Below are positions 27,301 through 42,300 of a stretch of DNA of 64,000 nucleotides, piece by piece. Location: assembly GCF_963921235.1 (NCBI RefSeq), contig NC_086107.1:105588001-105652000 (forward strand), given 5' to 3'. Position 1 is the first letter of the stretch; each line of letters begins with the position of its first letter. The notes under the pieces were generated by a model. That model had not been told where the DNA came from and ran no database searches. It saw nothing but the letters and a program-made list of their open reading frames with translations. Both the position numbers and the translations under genes were made by a program. This DNA is from Mobula hypostoma. Lineage: Eukaryota.

Positions 27301-30300
27301 CTGAGGCAGCAGAACAATAAAAACTTCCTGTGAATCTGGTATGTTCAGAGGGATTGTAGGAAACAGAAGAGGAATAGTTTAATAAAGGTTCCACTTTAAA
27401 ACAGAATCTAGGGGGAGACAGGGGCATCTTATTAGGCTGTCTGAGATGGTTAGAGTGATAGAGAAGTACAGCAAAGAAACCGGCTCTTCAGCCCATCTAG
27501 ACCATGCCAAACCATTTAAACTGCCTACTCCCATCGACCTGCACCGCCACCATAGCCCTCCATACCCCTACCATCAACGTACCTATCCAAACTGCTCTTA
27601 AACATTGAAATCAAGCTCGAATGGACCACTCGTGCTGGCAGCTTGTTCCACACTCTCACGAACCTCTGAGTGAAAAAGTTTCCCCTCATGTTGCCCTTAA
27701 ACTTTCACCTTTCACCCTTAACCCATGACCTCTAGTTGTAGTTCCTCCCAACATCAGTGGAAAAAGCCTGCTTGCATTTACCCTATCTATACCCCTCATA
27801 ATTTTGTATACCTCTATCAAATCCCCTCTCAGTCTTCTACACTCCTAGGAATACAGTCCCAGTCTATTTAATCTTTCCTTATAACTCAGGTCCTCCAGAC
27901 TCGGCAACATCCTTTTAAATTTTCTCTGCACTCGTTCAACCTTGTTTACAGTTTTCCTGAGGGTAGGTGGCCAATTCTGCACACAATACATCAAATTAGG
28001 CCTCACCAATGTCTTATACAACTTCATAACATCCCATCTCTTGTACTCAATACTTTGACTTATTGAATTGTGAATCAGTCCCATCACAGATTACATTGCC
28101 TGTGATGTTCTTTATTCCCTTCGTTCTTCATGCTGATCTATCCCCAAAGGCGTTTGCTATTTACACCCACGCGGGGTTTGATTTGATAATGCACAGAGCT
28201 TCCATATAATCCCCACACAGAGAAATCCACAAACCATCATCCTCTCGGGATCCAATCACTTTGATTTTCCTCTCGCCGCTCTCCTTGGAATCTGAAACGA
28301 AAAGGCGATTTCCGGCTATAACATAAGATTGAGTGTGGAAGGTTCCCAGTGTTAAACTGCGTCAGTGTGACTTTTGAATTTCTGATCAAACTCACACAGC
28401 TACACCAATCTGGGTACTGCTCCTCTATCATGTAATGAGTTCTTCAGGCCTCTATGGGGCGCCAGAGAGCATTGGGCTTCACGGTGTTTGGAGCACCAGA
28501 ATTGGCTAATTGTTGTTTGATGAAAGTCTTTAAATGTTTTTCTCCCATGACTCATTCTTTGTAATGCGGTCTCCTGGTACCTTTTGTTTTACTTGTTAAG
28601 TTTATTTTGATAGGCTCGGGGATTCTGTGTTACTTGTATTACGAAAGTGGATGCCTGATTACCGCCGATCACGGGGTCCTAGTTTTGAGAATGTTACTTC
28701 TTGTGGTGTCGCTCAGCCGAGCCACCGATGTGCATTTGGAATTATTGTGAATAAACTCTGGTCGCCCTCTCTACATCAGAGTCTATCTTTCCTCCGCACC
28801 TGGGTTCTGATCCAGTGCGCATCATGACATATCACCCAGATATCTGATGAGAGTGGGATTGGGGTCCAGCTGAGGAAGGTGCGATGAGGCAAGGATTAAG
28901 ACAGACCAGGCAAGGATGTGGAAAAGAATCCAGTAAGTTTAAAAGGGCACAAGATAGAGAGGCGTTTAATTCATTATGTTTTAATGGACAGGGAATCTCT
29001 CCCATCACAGATGCTCATCCCACCTCAGCCAACCTTCTTACACCCCTCAATCCTCATCCTAATCTGTCCTGAAGGTATTTGCCTGTTTCCTGAGGGACTG
29101 GAGTCTGGGGATGAGAATGTCCCTCTCCCGCACACTCCACCCTTCTGGCTCCTCAGGTACAGGAACAGGGAGCCCAGCAATGACTCTGGGCTCATGGCGT
29201 TGGGTTTCCACCCAAGGCTAATGGATCCCAACCAGTTCCCAATTGTCAATCACCAATCAATGAATTATTCACCAATGAACGTGATAGGGAGACATGACGG
29301 ATTTCCGGCTTTGTTGGTTATTTTCCTGGTTCGTACGCCACACAAAATTGGCTTTTGCTTAGATGTTACGAAGTGCAGTATTCTTAGTTTTCTGGTGAAA
29401 TTGTTTCAAGATTTTGTGCTGATGATTTTTATCTTGTTATGCTAACTTGTTCTGACAAACTCCTTCTGCAAACCCCACTGCTCACCCCACCTGTGGGCTC
29501 CTCATCCCCCTCAATCCTCACCCTGATCCATCACTCACACCCATGGGTGTCTCATAGACATCGGACCTCGGTCCCAAATGTTAGAGCAGAAAATAATCTC
29601 CACAAACCATCATCTTCTCGGGATCCAATCACTTTGATTTTCCTCTCGCCGCTCTCTTTGGAATCTGAAATAAAAAAAAGGTGGTTTCCAGTTATAAAGT
29701 GGGAAAGAGTGTGCAAAGTTCGCAGTACTAAAGTACATTTGTGTTTGATCACTCAGTTACACTCACATCTAGGCCCCTTCCCATCTACTGTTTGCCTGTC
29801 GCCCAAGTGCTGAAAGAGAATTAGGTGACCTAATTGAAACCTATTGAATGTTGCAAGGCCTTGATAGATTGGGTGTAGAGAGGATGTTTCCTATGGTAGG
29901 AGAATCTAGGACCAGAGGACACAGCCTCAGAATAGAGGGGTGTCCTCTTAGAACGGAAGTGAGAAGGAATTTCTTTAGCCAAATGGTGAGTATGTGGGAT
30001 TCATTGCCACAGGTACCAGTGGAGGCCAGGTCATTGTGTATATTTAAGGCAGACATTGGTAGATTTTCGATGAGTCAGGGGACGGAGGGATATGGGGAGA
30101 AGGCAGGAGACTGGGTCCGAGAAGAAAAATGGATCAGCCATGATGAAGCAGACTCGATGGGCCAAACGGCCTAATTCTGCTCCTATATCTAATGGTGCTA
30201 TGGAGATGGGACTAAAGTGAGGCCTTTCACCAGGAGAATGAGAGAAGTGAAAGAGAGTCCTTGTTGGTGTCACAGAGGGAGTCAGAATAAAAACAAATCC

Positions 30301-33300
30301 ATCAGCACAATGAGTTCCCACAACCTATCAATCACCTGTTGTATTAATCCTAGTTTATTCTCCCGAAGTTCTCATCATATCCCTCTCCCACCAGATTATA
30401 CCACTCACTATGGCAAGTTTATACTGGTTAATTAACTCACAATTCCATACATCTTTGACATTTGGGTAGGAAACCACATGGTCACAGGGAGCGCAGGCAG
30501 ACTCTACACAGACGACAGCCAGACTGAACCCTGGTCTCCGGAGACGTGAAGCAGCTGCCCTACGAGATGCTCCACTGTGCTGACCATTGTTTTGTCGTCC
30601 CAAACCCTCGGAGATACACACACACACTTGTCCTGTTTCCTGAGGGACTGGAGTCTGGGGATGAGAATGTCCCTCTCCCGCACACTCCACCCTTCCGGCT
30701 CCTCAGGTACAGGAACAGGGAGCCCAGCAATGACTCTGGGCTCATGGCGTTGGGTTTCCACCCAAGGCTAATGGATCCCAACCAATTCCCAATTGTCAAT
30801 CACCAATCAATGAATTATTCACCAATGAACGTGATAGGGAGACATGACGGATTTCCGGCTTTGTTGGTTATTTTCCTGGTTAGTACGCCACACAAAATTG
30901 GCTTTTGCTTAGATGTTACGAAGTGCAGTATTCTTAGTTTTCTGGTGAAATTGTTTCAAGATTTTGTGCTGATGATTTTTATCTTGTTATGCTAACTTGT
31001 TCTGACAAACTCCTTCTGCAAACCCCACTGCTCACCCCACCTGTGGGCTCCTCATCCCCCTCAATCCTCACCCTGATCCATCACTCACACCCATGGGTGT
31101 GTCATAGACATCGGACCTCGGTCCCAAATGTTAGAGCAGAAAATAATCTCCACAAACCATCATCTTCTCGGGATCCGATCACTTTGATTTTCCTCTCGCC
31201 GCTCTCTTTGGAATCTGAAATAAAAAAAAGGTGGTTTCCAGTTATAAAGTGGGAAAGAGTGTGCAAAGTTCGCAGTACTAAAGTACATTTGTGTTTGATC
31301 ACTCAGTTACACTCACATCTAGGTCCCTTCCCATCTATTGTTTGCCTATCGCCCAAGTGCTGAAAGAGAATTAGGTGACCTAATTGAAACCTATTGAATG
31401 TTGCAAGGCCTTGATAGATTGGGTGCAGAGAGGATGTTTCCTATGGTGGGAGAGTCTAGGACCAGAGGACACAGCCTCAGAATAGAGGGGTGTCCTCTTA
31501 GAACAGAAGTGAGAAGGAATTTCTTTAGCCAAATGGTGAATCTGTGGAATTCATTGCCACAGGCGCCAGTGGAGGCCAGGTCATTGGGTATATTTAAGGC
31601 AGACATTGGTAGATTTTCGATGAGTCAGGGGACGGAGGGATATGGGGAGAAGGCAGGAGACTGGGTCTGAGAAGAAAAATGGATCAGCCATGATGAAGCA
31701 GACTCGATGGGCCAAACGGCCTAATTCTGCTCCTATATCTAATGGTGCTATGGAGATGGGACTAAAGCGAGGCCTTTCACCAGGAGAATGAGAGAAGTGA
31801 AAGAGAGTCCTTGTTGGTGTCACAGAGGGAGTCAGAATAAAAACAAATCCATCAGCACAATGAGTTCCCACAACCCATCAATCACCTGCTTGTATTAATC
31901 CTAGTTTATTCTCCCGAAGTTCTCATCATATCCCTCTCCCACCAGATTCTACCACACACTATGGCAAGTTTATACTGGTTAATTAACTCACAATTCCATA
32001 CATCTTTGAGATTTGGGTAGGAAACCACATGGTCACAGGGAGTGCAGGCAGATTCTACACAGTCGACAGCCAGACTGAACCCTGGTCTCCGGAGACGTGA
32101 AGCAGCTGCCCTACGAGATGCTCCGCTGTGCTGACCATTGTTTTGTCGTCCCAAACCCTTGGAGATACACACACACACTTGTCCTGTTTCCTGAGGGACT
32201 GGAGTCTGGGGATGAGAATGTCCCTCTCCCGCACACTCCACCCTTCCGGCTCCTCAGGTACAGGAACAGGGAGCCCAGCAATGACTCTGGGCTCATGGCG
32301 TTGGGTTTCCAACCAAGGCTAATGGATCCCAACCAGTTCCCAATTGTCAATCATCAATCAATGAATTATTCACCAATGAACGTGATAGGGAGACATGACG
32401 GATTTCCGGCTTTGTTGGTTATTTTCCTGGTTAATACGCCACACAAAATTGGCTTTTGCTTAGATGTTACGAAGTGCAGTATTCTTAATTTTCTGGTGAA
32501 ATTGTTTCAAGATTTTGTGCTGATGATTTTTATCTTGTTATGCTAACTTGTTCTGACAAACTCCTTCTGCAAACCCCACTGCTCACCCCACCTGTGGGCT
32601 CCTCATCCCCCTCAATCCTCACCCTGATCCATCACTCACACCCATGGGTGTCTCATAGATATCGGACATCGGTCCCAAATGTTAGAGCAGAAAATAATCT
32701 CCACAAACCATCATCTTCTCGGGATCCAATCACTTTGATTTTCCTCTCGCCGCTCTCTTTGGAATCTGAAATAAAAAAAAGGTGGTTTCCAGTTATAAAG
32801 TGGGAAAGAGTGTGCAAAGTTCGCAGTACTAAAGTACATTTGTGTTTGATCACTCAGTTACACTCACATCTAGGCCCCTTCCCATCTACTGTTTGCCTGT
32901 CGCCCAAGTGCTGAAAGAGAATTAGGTGACCTAATTGAAACCTATTGAATGTTGCAAGGCCTTGATAGATTGGGTGTAGAGAGGATGTTTCCTATGGTGG
33001 GAGAATCTAGGACCAGAGGACACAGCCTCAGAATAGAGGGGTGTCCTCTTAGAACGGAAGTGAGAAGGAATTTCTTTAGCCAAATGGTGAATCTGTGGAA
33101 TTCATTGCCACAGGCGCCAGTGGAGGCCAGGTCATTGGGTATATTTAAGGCAGACATTGGTAGATTTTCGATGAGTCAGGGGACGGAGGGATATGGGGAG
33201 AAGGCAGGAGACTGGGTCCGAGAAGAAAAATGGATCAGCCATGATGACATAGTGGAGCAGACTCGATGGGCCAAACGGCCTAATTCTGCTCCTATATCTA

Positions 33301-36300
33301 ATGGTGCTATGGAGATGGGACTAAAGTGTGGCCTTTCACCAGGAGAATGAGAGAAGTGAAAGAGAGTCCTTGTTGGTGTCACAGAGGGAGTCAGAATAAA
33401 AACAAATCCATCAGCACAATGAGTTCCCACAACCTATCAATCACCTGGTTGTATTAATCCTAGTTTATTCTCCCGAAGTTCTCATCATATCCCTCTCCCA
33501 CCAGATTCTACCACTCACTATGGCAAGTTTATACAGGTTAATTAACTCACAATTCCATACATCTTTGAGATTTGGGTAGGAAACCACATGGTCACAGGGA
33601 GCGCAGGCAGACTCTACACAGACGACAGCCAGACTGAACCCTGGTCTCCGGAGACGTGAAGCAGCTGCCCTACGAGATGCTCCGCTGTGCTGATCATTGT
33701 TTTGTCGTCCCAAACCCTCGGAGATACACACACACACTTGTCCTGTTTCCTGAGGGACTGGAGTCTGGGGATGAGAATGTCCCTCTCCCGCACACTCCAC
33801 CCTCCTGGCTCCTCAGGTACAGGAACAGGGAGCCCAGCAATGACTCTGGGCTCATGGCGTTGGGTTTCCACCCAAGGCTAATGGATCCCAACCAGTTCCC
33901 AATTGTCAATCACCAATCAATGAATTATTCACCAATGAACGTGATAGGGAGACATGACGGATTTCCGGCTTTGTTGGTTATTTTCCTGGTTAGTACGCCA
34001 CACAAAATTGGCTTTTGCTTAGATGTTACGAAGTGCAGTATTCTTAGTTTTCCGGTGAAATTGTTTCAAGATTTTGTGCTGATGATTTTTATCTTGTTAT
34101 GCTAACTTGTTCTGACAAACTCCTTCTGCAAACCCCACTGCTCACCCCACCTGTGGGCTCCTCATCCCCCTCAATCCTCACCCTGATCCATCACTCACAC
34201 CCATGGGTGTCTCATAGATATCGGACCTCGGTCCCAAATGTTAGAGCAGAAAATAATCTCCACAAACCATCATCTTCTCGGGATCCGATCACTTTGATTT
34301 TCCTCTCGCCGCTCTCTTTGGAATCTGAAATAAAAAAAAGGTGGTTTCCAGTTATAAAGTGGGAAAGAGTGTGCAAAGTTCGCAGTACTAAAGTACATTT
34401 GTGTTTGATCACTCAGTTACACTCACATCTCGGTCCCTTCCCATCTACTGTTTGCCTATCGCCCAAGTGCTGAAAGAGAATTAGGTGACCTAATTGAAAC
34501 CTATTGAATGTTGCAAGGCCTCGATAGATTGGGTGTAGAGAGGATGTTTCCTATGGTGGGAGAATCTAGGACCAGAGGACACAGCCTCAGAATAGAGGGG
34601 TGTCCTCTTAGAACGGAAGTGAGAAGGAATTTCTTTAGCCAAATGGTGAATCTGTGGAATTCATTGCCACAGGCACCAGTGGAGGCCAGGTCATTGGGTA
34701 TATTTAAGGCAGACATTGGTAGATTTTCGATGAGTCAGGGGACGGAGGGATATGGGGAGAAGGCAGGAGACTGGGTCTGAGAAGAAAAATGGAGCAGCCA
34801 TGATGAAGCAGACTCGATGGGCCAAATGGCCTAATTCTGCTCCTATACCTAATGGTGCTATGGAGATGGGACTAAAGTGTGGCCTTTCACCAGGAGAATG
34901 AGAGAAGTGAAAGAGAGTCCTTGTTGGTGTCACAGAGGGAGTCAGAATAAAAACAAATCCATCAGCACAATGAGTTCCCACAACCCATCAATCACCTGGT
35001 TGTATTAATCCTAGTTTATTCTCCTGAAGTTCTCATCATATCCCTCTCCCACCAGATTCTACCACACACTATGGCAAGTTTCTACTGGTTAATTAACTCA
35101 CAATTCCATACATCTTTGAGATTTGGGTAGGAAACCACATGGTCACAGGGAGCGCAGGCAGATTCTACACAGTCGACAGCCAGACTGAACCCTGGTCTCC
35201 GGAGACGTGAAGCAGCTGCCCTACGAGATGCTCCGCTGTGCTGACCATTGTTTTGTCATCCCAAACCCTCGGAGATACACACACACACTTGTCCTGTTTC
35301 CTGAGGGACTGGAGTCTGGGGATGAGAATGTCCCTCTCCCGCACACTCCACCCTTCCGGCTCCTCAGGTACAGGAACAGGGAGCCCAGCAATGACTCTGG
35401 GCTCATGGCGTTGGGTTTCCACCCAAGGCTAATGGATCCCAACCAATTCCCAATTGTCAATCACCAATCAATGAATTATTCACCAATGAACGTGATAGGG
35501 AGACATGACGGATTTCCGGCTTTGTTGGTTATTTTCCTGGTTAGTACGCCACACAAAATTGGCTTTTGCTTAGATGTTACGAAGTGCAGTATTCTTAATT
35601 TTCCGGTGAAATTGTTTTAAGATTTTGTGCTGATGATTTTTATCTTGTTATGCTAACTTATTCTGACAAACTCCTTCTGCAAACCCCACTGCTCACCCCA
35701 CCTGTGGGCTCCTCATCCCCGTCAACCCTCACCCTGATCCATCTCTCACACCCATGGGTGTCTCATATGATATCGGACCTCGGTCCCAAATGTTAGAGCA
35801 GAAAATAATCTCCACAAACCATCATCTTCTCGGGATCCGATCACTTTGATTTTCCTCTCGCCGCTCTCTTTGGAATCTGAAATGAAAAAAAGGTGGTTGC
35901 CAGTTATAAAGTGGGAAAGAGTGTGCAAAGTTCGCAGTACTAAAGTACATTTGTGTTTGATCACTCAGTTACACTCACATCTAGGTCCCTTCCCATCTAC
36001 TGTTTGCCTATCGCCCAAGTGCTGAAAGAGAATTAGGTGACCTAATTGAAACCTATTGAATGTTGCAAGGCCTTGATAGATTGGGTGTAGAGAGGATGTT
36101 TCCTATGGTGGGAGAATCTAGGACCAGAGGACACAGCCTCAGAATAGAGGGGTGTCCTCTTAGAACGGAAGTGAGAAGGAATTTCTTTAGCCAAATGGTG
36201 AATCTGTGGAATTCATTGCCACAGGTGCCAGTGGAGGCCAGGTCATTGGGTATATTTAAGGCAGACATTGGTAGATTTTCGATGAGTCAGGGGACGGAGG

Positions 36301-39300
36301 GATATGGGGAGAAGGCAGGAGACTGGGTCTGAGAAGAAAAATGGATCAGCCATGATGAAGCAGACTCGATGGGCTAAACGGCCTAATTCTGCTCCTATAC
36401 CTAATGGTGCTATGGAGATGGGACTAAAGTGTGGCCTTTCACCAGCAGAATGAGAGAAGTGAAAGAGAGTCCTTGTTGGTGTCACAGAGGGAGTCAGAAT
36501 AAAAACAAATCCATCAGCACAATGAGTTCCCACAACCCATCAATCACCTGGTTGTATTAATCCTAGTTTATTCTCCTGAAGTTCTCATCATATCCCTCTC
36601 CCACCAGATTCTACCACACACTATGGCAAGTTTCTACTGGTTAATTAACTCACAATTCCATACATCTTTGAGATTTGGGTAGGAAACCACATGGTCACAG
36701 GGAGCGCAGGCAGACTCTACACAGACGACAGCCAGACTGAACCCTGGTCTCTGGAGACGTGAAGCAGTTGCCCTACGAGATGCTCCGCTGTGCTGACCAT
36801 TGTTTCGTCGTCCCAAACCCTCGGAGATACACACACACACTTGTCCTGTTTCCTGAGGGACTGGAGTCTGGGGATGAGAATGTCCCTCTCCCGCACACTC
36901 CACCCTCCCGGCTCCTCAGATACAGCATTGACTCTGGGCTCACAACCTTGGGTTTCCAGACAAGCCCAGTGGATCACAGCAGACTGTCAGATTCATTGGT
37001 ACAATTGTCAATAGGCTAATCACCAGAAAGTGTGATAGGGACATAGTGAAATCATAAATATCAATACCTCGAGCTGCGGAGCGACTCCCCTTTTCTCCAG
37101 AATCTGGAAAGAAGGAAAAGAATTTTGGTTTATCCATCAGAATACATCCTCTGTTTCTCATTGTCAGAATGGTTTAAACCACTTCCTCCTAGTTTAATGA
37201 CATTTTACTCTATCTTGTTGATGTAGCATTCACAGATTAGAAGAACTACCTTTAGTATCTGGCCCACCCTCAGTTATGGCACAGTCTGATACACAGGGAG
37301 GGCAGTCTGAGCTTTCTCACCACACAGGCAGTTTCTCGAATGTGCTCTCTGGCCTGCTGTCTCTCCCCTGACTCCCCAGGTGTTCAATATGAAACAAGCA
37401 GCTTGTTAATCCTCATACACCCAGCATTCCTACACCAACCCGGTCCGCGATCTCTAATCCATGCGTGTTTGGAACGTGCGAGGAGCCTGGAGTACCCGGA
37501 GGAAACCCACGGGGCCACGAGGAGAAATTCTTTACAGACAGCAGCAGAATTGAACCCGGGTTGCGGGCGCTGTTTCGGTGTTACGGTACTGAGCTGCCGG
37601 CCTCCAGTTTGGAGCAAATATCCACAGTTCGTTCAGTCTTTCTTGGCAGTTTCAATCTTCAATTAGTTTCAAATCAAGAACCCGACCCGAGTACTTGAAC
37701 CAACCTGCACAATCCCTAAACCACCACCTCAATATAGATTCAAAAGGTTCAGATATTTAAGAGCATAAGACAAAGGAGCAGAAGTTGGCCATTCGGCCCA
37801 TCGAGTGTGCTCCGCCATTTTATCATGAGCTGATCCATTCTCCCATTTAGTCCCACTCCTCTGCCTTCTCACCATAACCTTTGATGACCTGGCTACTCAG
37901 ATACCTATCAATATCTGCCTTAAATACAGCCTATGACTTGGCCTCCACTACCACCCATGGCAACAAATTCCATAGATTCACCACCCTCTGACTAAAAAAA
38001 TTTCTTCGCATTTCTGTTCTGAATGGGCGCCCTTCAACCCTTAAGTCATGCCCTCTCGTACTAGACTCCCCCATCATGGGAAAAACTTTGCCACATCCAC
38101 TCTGTCCATGCCTTTCAACATTCGAAATGTTTCTATGAGGTCTCCCCTCATTCTTCTAAATTCCAGGGAATACAGTCCAAGAGCGGACAAACGTTCCTCA
38201 TATGTTAACCCTCTCATTCCTGGAATCATTCTAGTGAATCTTCTCTGTACCCTTTCCAACGTCAGCACATCCTTTCTTAAATAAGGAGACCAAAACTGCC
38301 CACAGTACTCCAAGTGAGGTCTCACCAGCGCCTTATAGAGCCTCAACATCACATCCCTGCTCCTATACTCTATTCCTCTAGAAATGAATGCCAACATTGC
38401 ATTCGCCTTCTTCACCACTGACTCAACCTGGAGGTTAACTTTAAGGGTATCCTGTACGAGGACTCCCAAGTCCCGTTGCATCTCTGAACTTTGAATTCTT
38501 TCCCTATTTAAATAATAGTCTGCCCGTTTATTTTTTCCGCCAAAGTGCATAACCATACACTTTCCAACATTGTACTTCATTTGCCACTACTCTGCCCATT
38601 CTTCCAATCTATCCAAGTCTCTCTGCAGACTCTCCGTTTCCTTAGCACTACCGGCCCCTCCACCTATCTTCGTATCGTCAGCAAACTTAGCCACAAAGCC
38701 ATCTGTTCCATGATCAAAGTGTGTCTGCAGTAGACAACCCTGAGATTTGTCTTCCCCACAGACAGCCACGAAACAAAAACCATGGAAACCATTCAAAGAA
38801 AAACATCAACCCCCCCCCACACAATAAAAAAAAACAAATCACGCAAATGACAAAGAAGAAAGAAAAACGAGCGACAAACAAACACAAAATTGAAAGAGTT
38901 CAGGCATATTCAGTTCAGCTCAGTGTTCATTAACTGCAGGCCACCCCGATTCAAAATCACCCAAAGTAGCAACAAAGAAAAGGAGTGACCAGAAACATAT
39001 CACAACTCAAACCACGTGTACATCACTATGACCACTTTGACCATTTTGTACTACATGTTCCAATTGTGTTCTTTTTCTATAATTTCTCATTTTGATTTAT
39101 ATTTTTTCTGGAGTATCTGATGTTGTTTTTGCACCTATACATACATGTACTTATGCACATCACAATAAATGTGACTTTGGCTTTGGTTTTGGTGTCTTCT
39201 CCATTGTTGTCTTTAATAGAGGACATTTCCACAGACATCTTCCATCTTTCCTGACGCCTGCAACCTCTCCTGTCCTGATTTTATCCCTGGACACCACTGG

Positions 39301-42300
39301 CGCACTGTCTCCAGGACCTCAGTCTCCTCGCACTTGTAGAGAGAGCAGTTCTGACCCCGGGCGTCCAGGTCTGCACTCACCAATGTCTAAATACACATTC
39401 ACCCGAACATTCATGTTCTTCTGAAATAGTTTTCCCTTGTTTATTCTTTTTATGATAATTCCTGGCTACTTTGAATGAGATGTAACTCTGTCTTACCTAA
39501 ACTCTGGTCTCCCCAACGCCCTTTTCCCAGGCCAGTAATGGCCATGTAAGATGGTGGAAAGTTTAGGGGAGACGTCAGAGACAGTTTCACGTACGGAGAG
39601 TGATAGGTGTGTGGAATGAACTCCTGGGGGTGGGGGTAAGGGCTGATACAAGAGGGACATTTACAAGAATCTTAGACAGGCACGTGTAAGGAAAATGGAG
39701 GGTTATGGGCTGCATGCCGGCTGCTGGTGTAATGGTATCTGCATCGGACTTCGAGTCGAGTTGTCCCAGGTTCGAATCCGGCCGGCTCCTTTCACGCTTT
39801 CCGTCCGTGCTGGGTTGAGCATCGAGCTAGCAACTTGGGCTCGTAAAACAGACAAAAATGCTAAAGAAACATTAAGGTTGCCGCCTAATGAGCCACAAGG
39901 CATGGAAAGGAACGATAATAATGGGCTGTGGAGTTGGTCAGTACAACATTGTGGGCTGAAGGGCCTAGACTGTGCCGTATATAATATGTTCTATTTCTAT
40001 TTACCCTCCTAGTTTCACGGGAGGTTGTCACCTCCTTTCCTCCCCAACAGAGTGAATCTCCTCATCCAAAGATATTTGCAATTTACTGCCTTGGGGTGCA
40101 TAGTATAGTATAGCATAGGCATCCGTTGGTCTCATGAGACCATGGATTTGCGCCTTGGAAGGTTTCCAGGGTGCAGGCCTGGGCAAGGTTGTATGGAAGA
40201 CCAGCAGTTGCCCATGCTGCAAGTCTCCCCTCTCCACGCCACCGATGTTGTCCAAGGGAAGGGCATTAGGACCCATACAGCTTGGCACCAGTGTCGTCGC
40301 AGAGCAATGTGTGATTAAGTGCCTTGCTCAAGGACACAACACGCTGCCTCAGCCAAGGCTCGAACTAACGACCTTCAGATCACTAGACGAACGCCTTAAC
40401 CACTTGGCCACGCGCCAACACTGAGGTGACTAACACGATAATGGACCCAGCTCCCCGGACAGCAGTGCAGAGTGGGCTGGAGTAATTGTTTCTGTTGAAT
40501 AACCGGTCTGTTCACTGTCCCACTGCCAGATCCCTGACTCCACACAGATCTGATATGAAATAAGTAGCTTTTTAACCCTCACAGTGCCAGCTCCCCCACA
40601 CCAGCTCAGTCAATAATCCCCACACAGAGAGATCCACAAACCGTCATCTTCTCTGGATCCAATCACTTTGATTTTCATCTCGCTGCTCTCTTTGGAGTCT
40701 GAAAGCAAAACCAGTTTTTGATTATAAAATATGTTATGTTTTGTATCTTCAAAACATTAAACTAATTCTAAGAAAACATGGGAGCCTGAAGAACAAACAT
40801 GAAAAAAATCTGCAGATGCTGGAAATCCAAAGCAATGCACATAAAATGCTGGAGGAACTCAGCAAGTCAGGCAGGATCTACAGAAAACAGTTAACAGTCG
40901 ATGTTTCGGACTAAGACTCATTATCAGGACTGGAAAGGAAGGGGAGAAGGCGGAATAAGAAGATTGGGAGAGTGGAGGAAGAAGTACAAGGTGGCAGGTG
41001 ATAGAGGGGAAGCAGAAAGGGGGAAGGGTTGAAGTGAAGATCTGGGACGTTGATTGGTGAAGGGGCTGGAGAAGGGGGAAACTATTCAGAGGGGACAGAA
41101 GACCATGGAAGGAAGGGAAGGGGGAGGAGCACTAGAGGGAAGTGATGGGCAGGTAAGGAGATAAGCTGAGACAGGGCACAGGAATGGGGAATGGTGAAGG
41201 ACAGACGGGGGGGGGGGTGGTGGTGGGGAGCAATTTCTGGAAGTTTGAGTAATCGATTACCCAGACGGAACCTGAGTGTGGCCTCATCATGGCAGCAGAT
41301 TAGGCCATGGACTGACATGTCAGAATGGGAATGGGAAGCAGAATTGAAATGGTTACCCACCAGGAAGTCCGAAGAATGTGGGTATAACTTTGTATTTTAC
41401 TTGAAGCGAGGAGTGCATGTATCACGAGGTAGAGTGATAACGTATGCAATTAACATATTTTTACATATAACCTGTAATTAATTATTTAAACAAACTATAT
41501 ATATGTATCTCTATCTATACATATACACACAAGATTTCTCAAATATTATTGAAATATTAAAAACACAACAAAATGGAAATTGATTGGGGGAGTTTCATCA
41601 TCATCAACACCAACACCATCATCATCATCATCATCATCACCATCAACATCATCATCATCATCATCATCACCATCAACATCATCATCATCACCATCAACAT
41701 CATCATCAGGTGCCGTGCCCAGTTTGAGCTTTGACTGCCATGGCCCACACACTCCTGTTCCGGGTCAAGTGGATCAATTCATTGGTATTCATTTCCAGTT
41801 CTCTGGCTGCTGTCTCCATCATCATTTGTCTTTGCCTTCCTCTTGCTTTCTTCCCGTCAATCTTTCCCATAATTACCGTGCATTCTAACTCCTCTTTCCT
41901 ATAGGGGGAGTTTCACAGTATCAAAAAGCTTCCATACAGTTCCCTCTATGTGTTAATTGTGTGGTGTGAGTTGGTGAAGTTCAAAGGTGTCAACAACACA
42001 AAAAACTTGTCCTAGTCCAACCATGTAGATCCAACGGCCAAGAAAGCATACTAACACCTCCAGTTCTTCAACAATCGATGGAAATTCAACATGAACCTGT
42101 TGACCCTCACCAATTTTTATAGGTACCCCATAGAAAACATCCACTCCAGATCCATCTCAGCTTGGTATGACATCCGCTGAATTGATAATTCACCAGAGAA
42201 TCTGATAGGGAGACATTAAAATTATAACTATCCGTACCTCGAGCTGCAGAGTGACTCCCTTTTGCAGTAGAGTCTGGAAAAGAAGGAAAAGGATTTTAAC

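Larger units (their letters stand above)
29082..36918. repeat. Tandem array of five near-identical ~1.55-kb units, each with one A exon, a CR1 3' fragment and a SINE remnant
   Basis: A-exon spacings 1550, 1551, 1559, 1552; only scattered substitutions between units. Confidence 0.95.

Noticed and set aside
28918..36332. 124-175 aa repeated plus-strand ORFs in the 1.55-kb array
   Set aside because: No recognisable domain, broken in the last unit, and overlapping intron or TE sequence; the MLQGLDRLG... ORFs are CR1 3' remnants.
41546..41752. Poly-Asp ORF ([10 protein letters not shown]...) as an acidic exon of the gene
   Set aside because: It is the expanded (GAT)n tail of an RTE LINE matching ~58432-58648, and no convincing flanking splice sites were seen.
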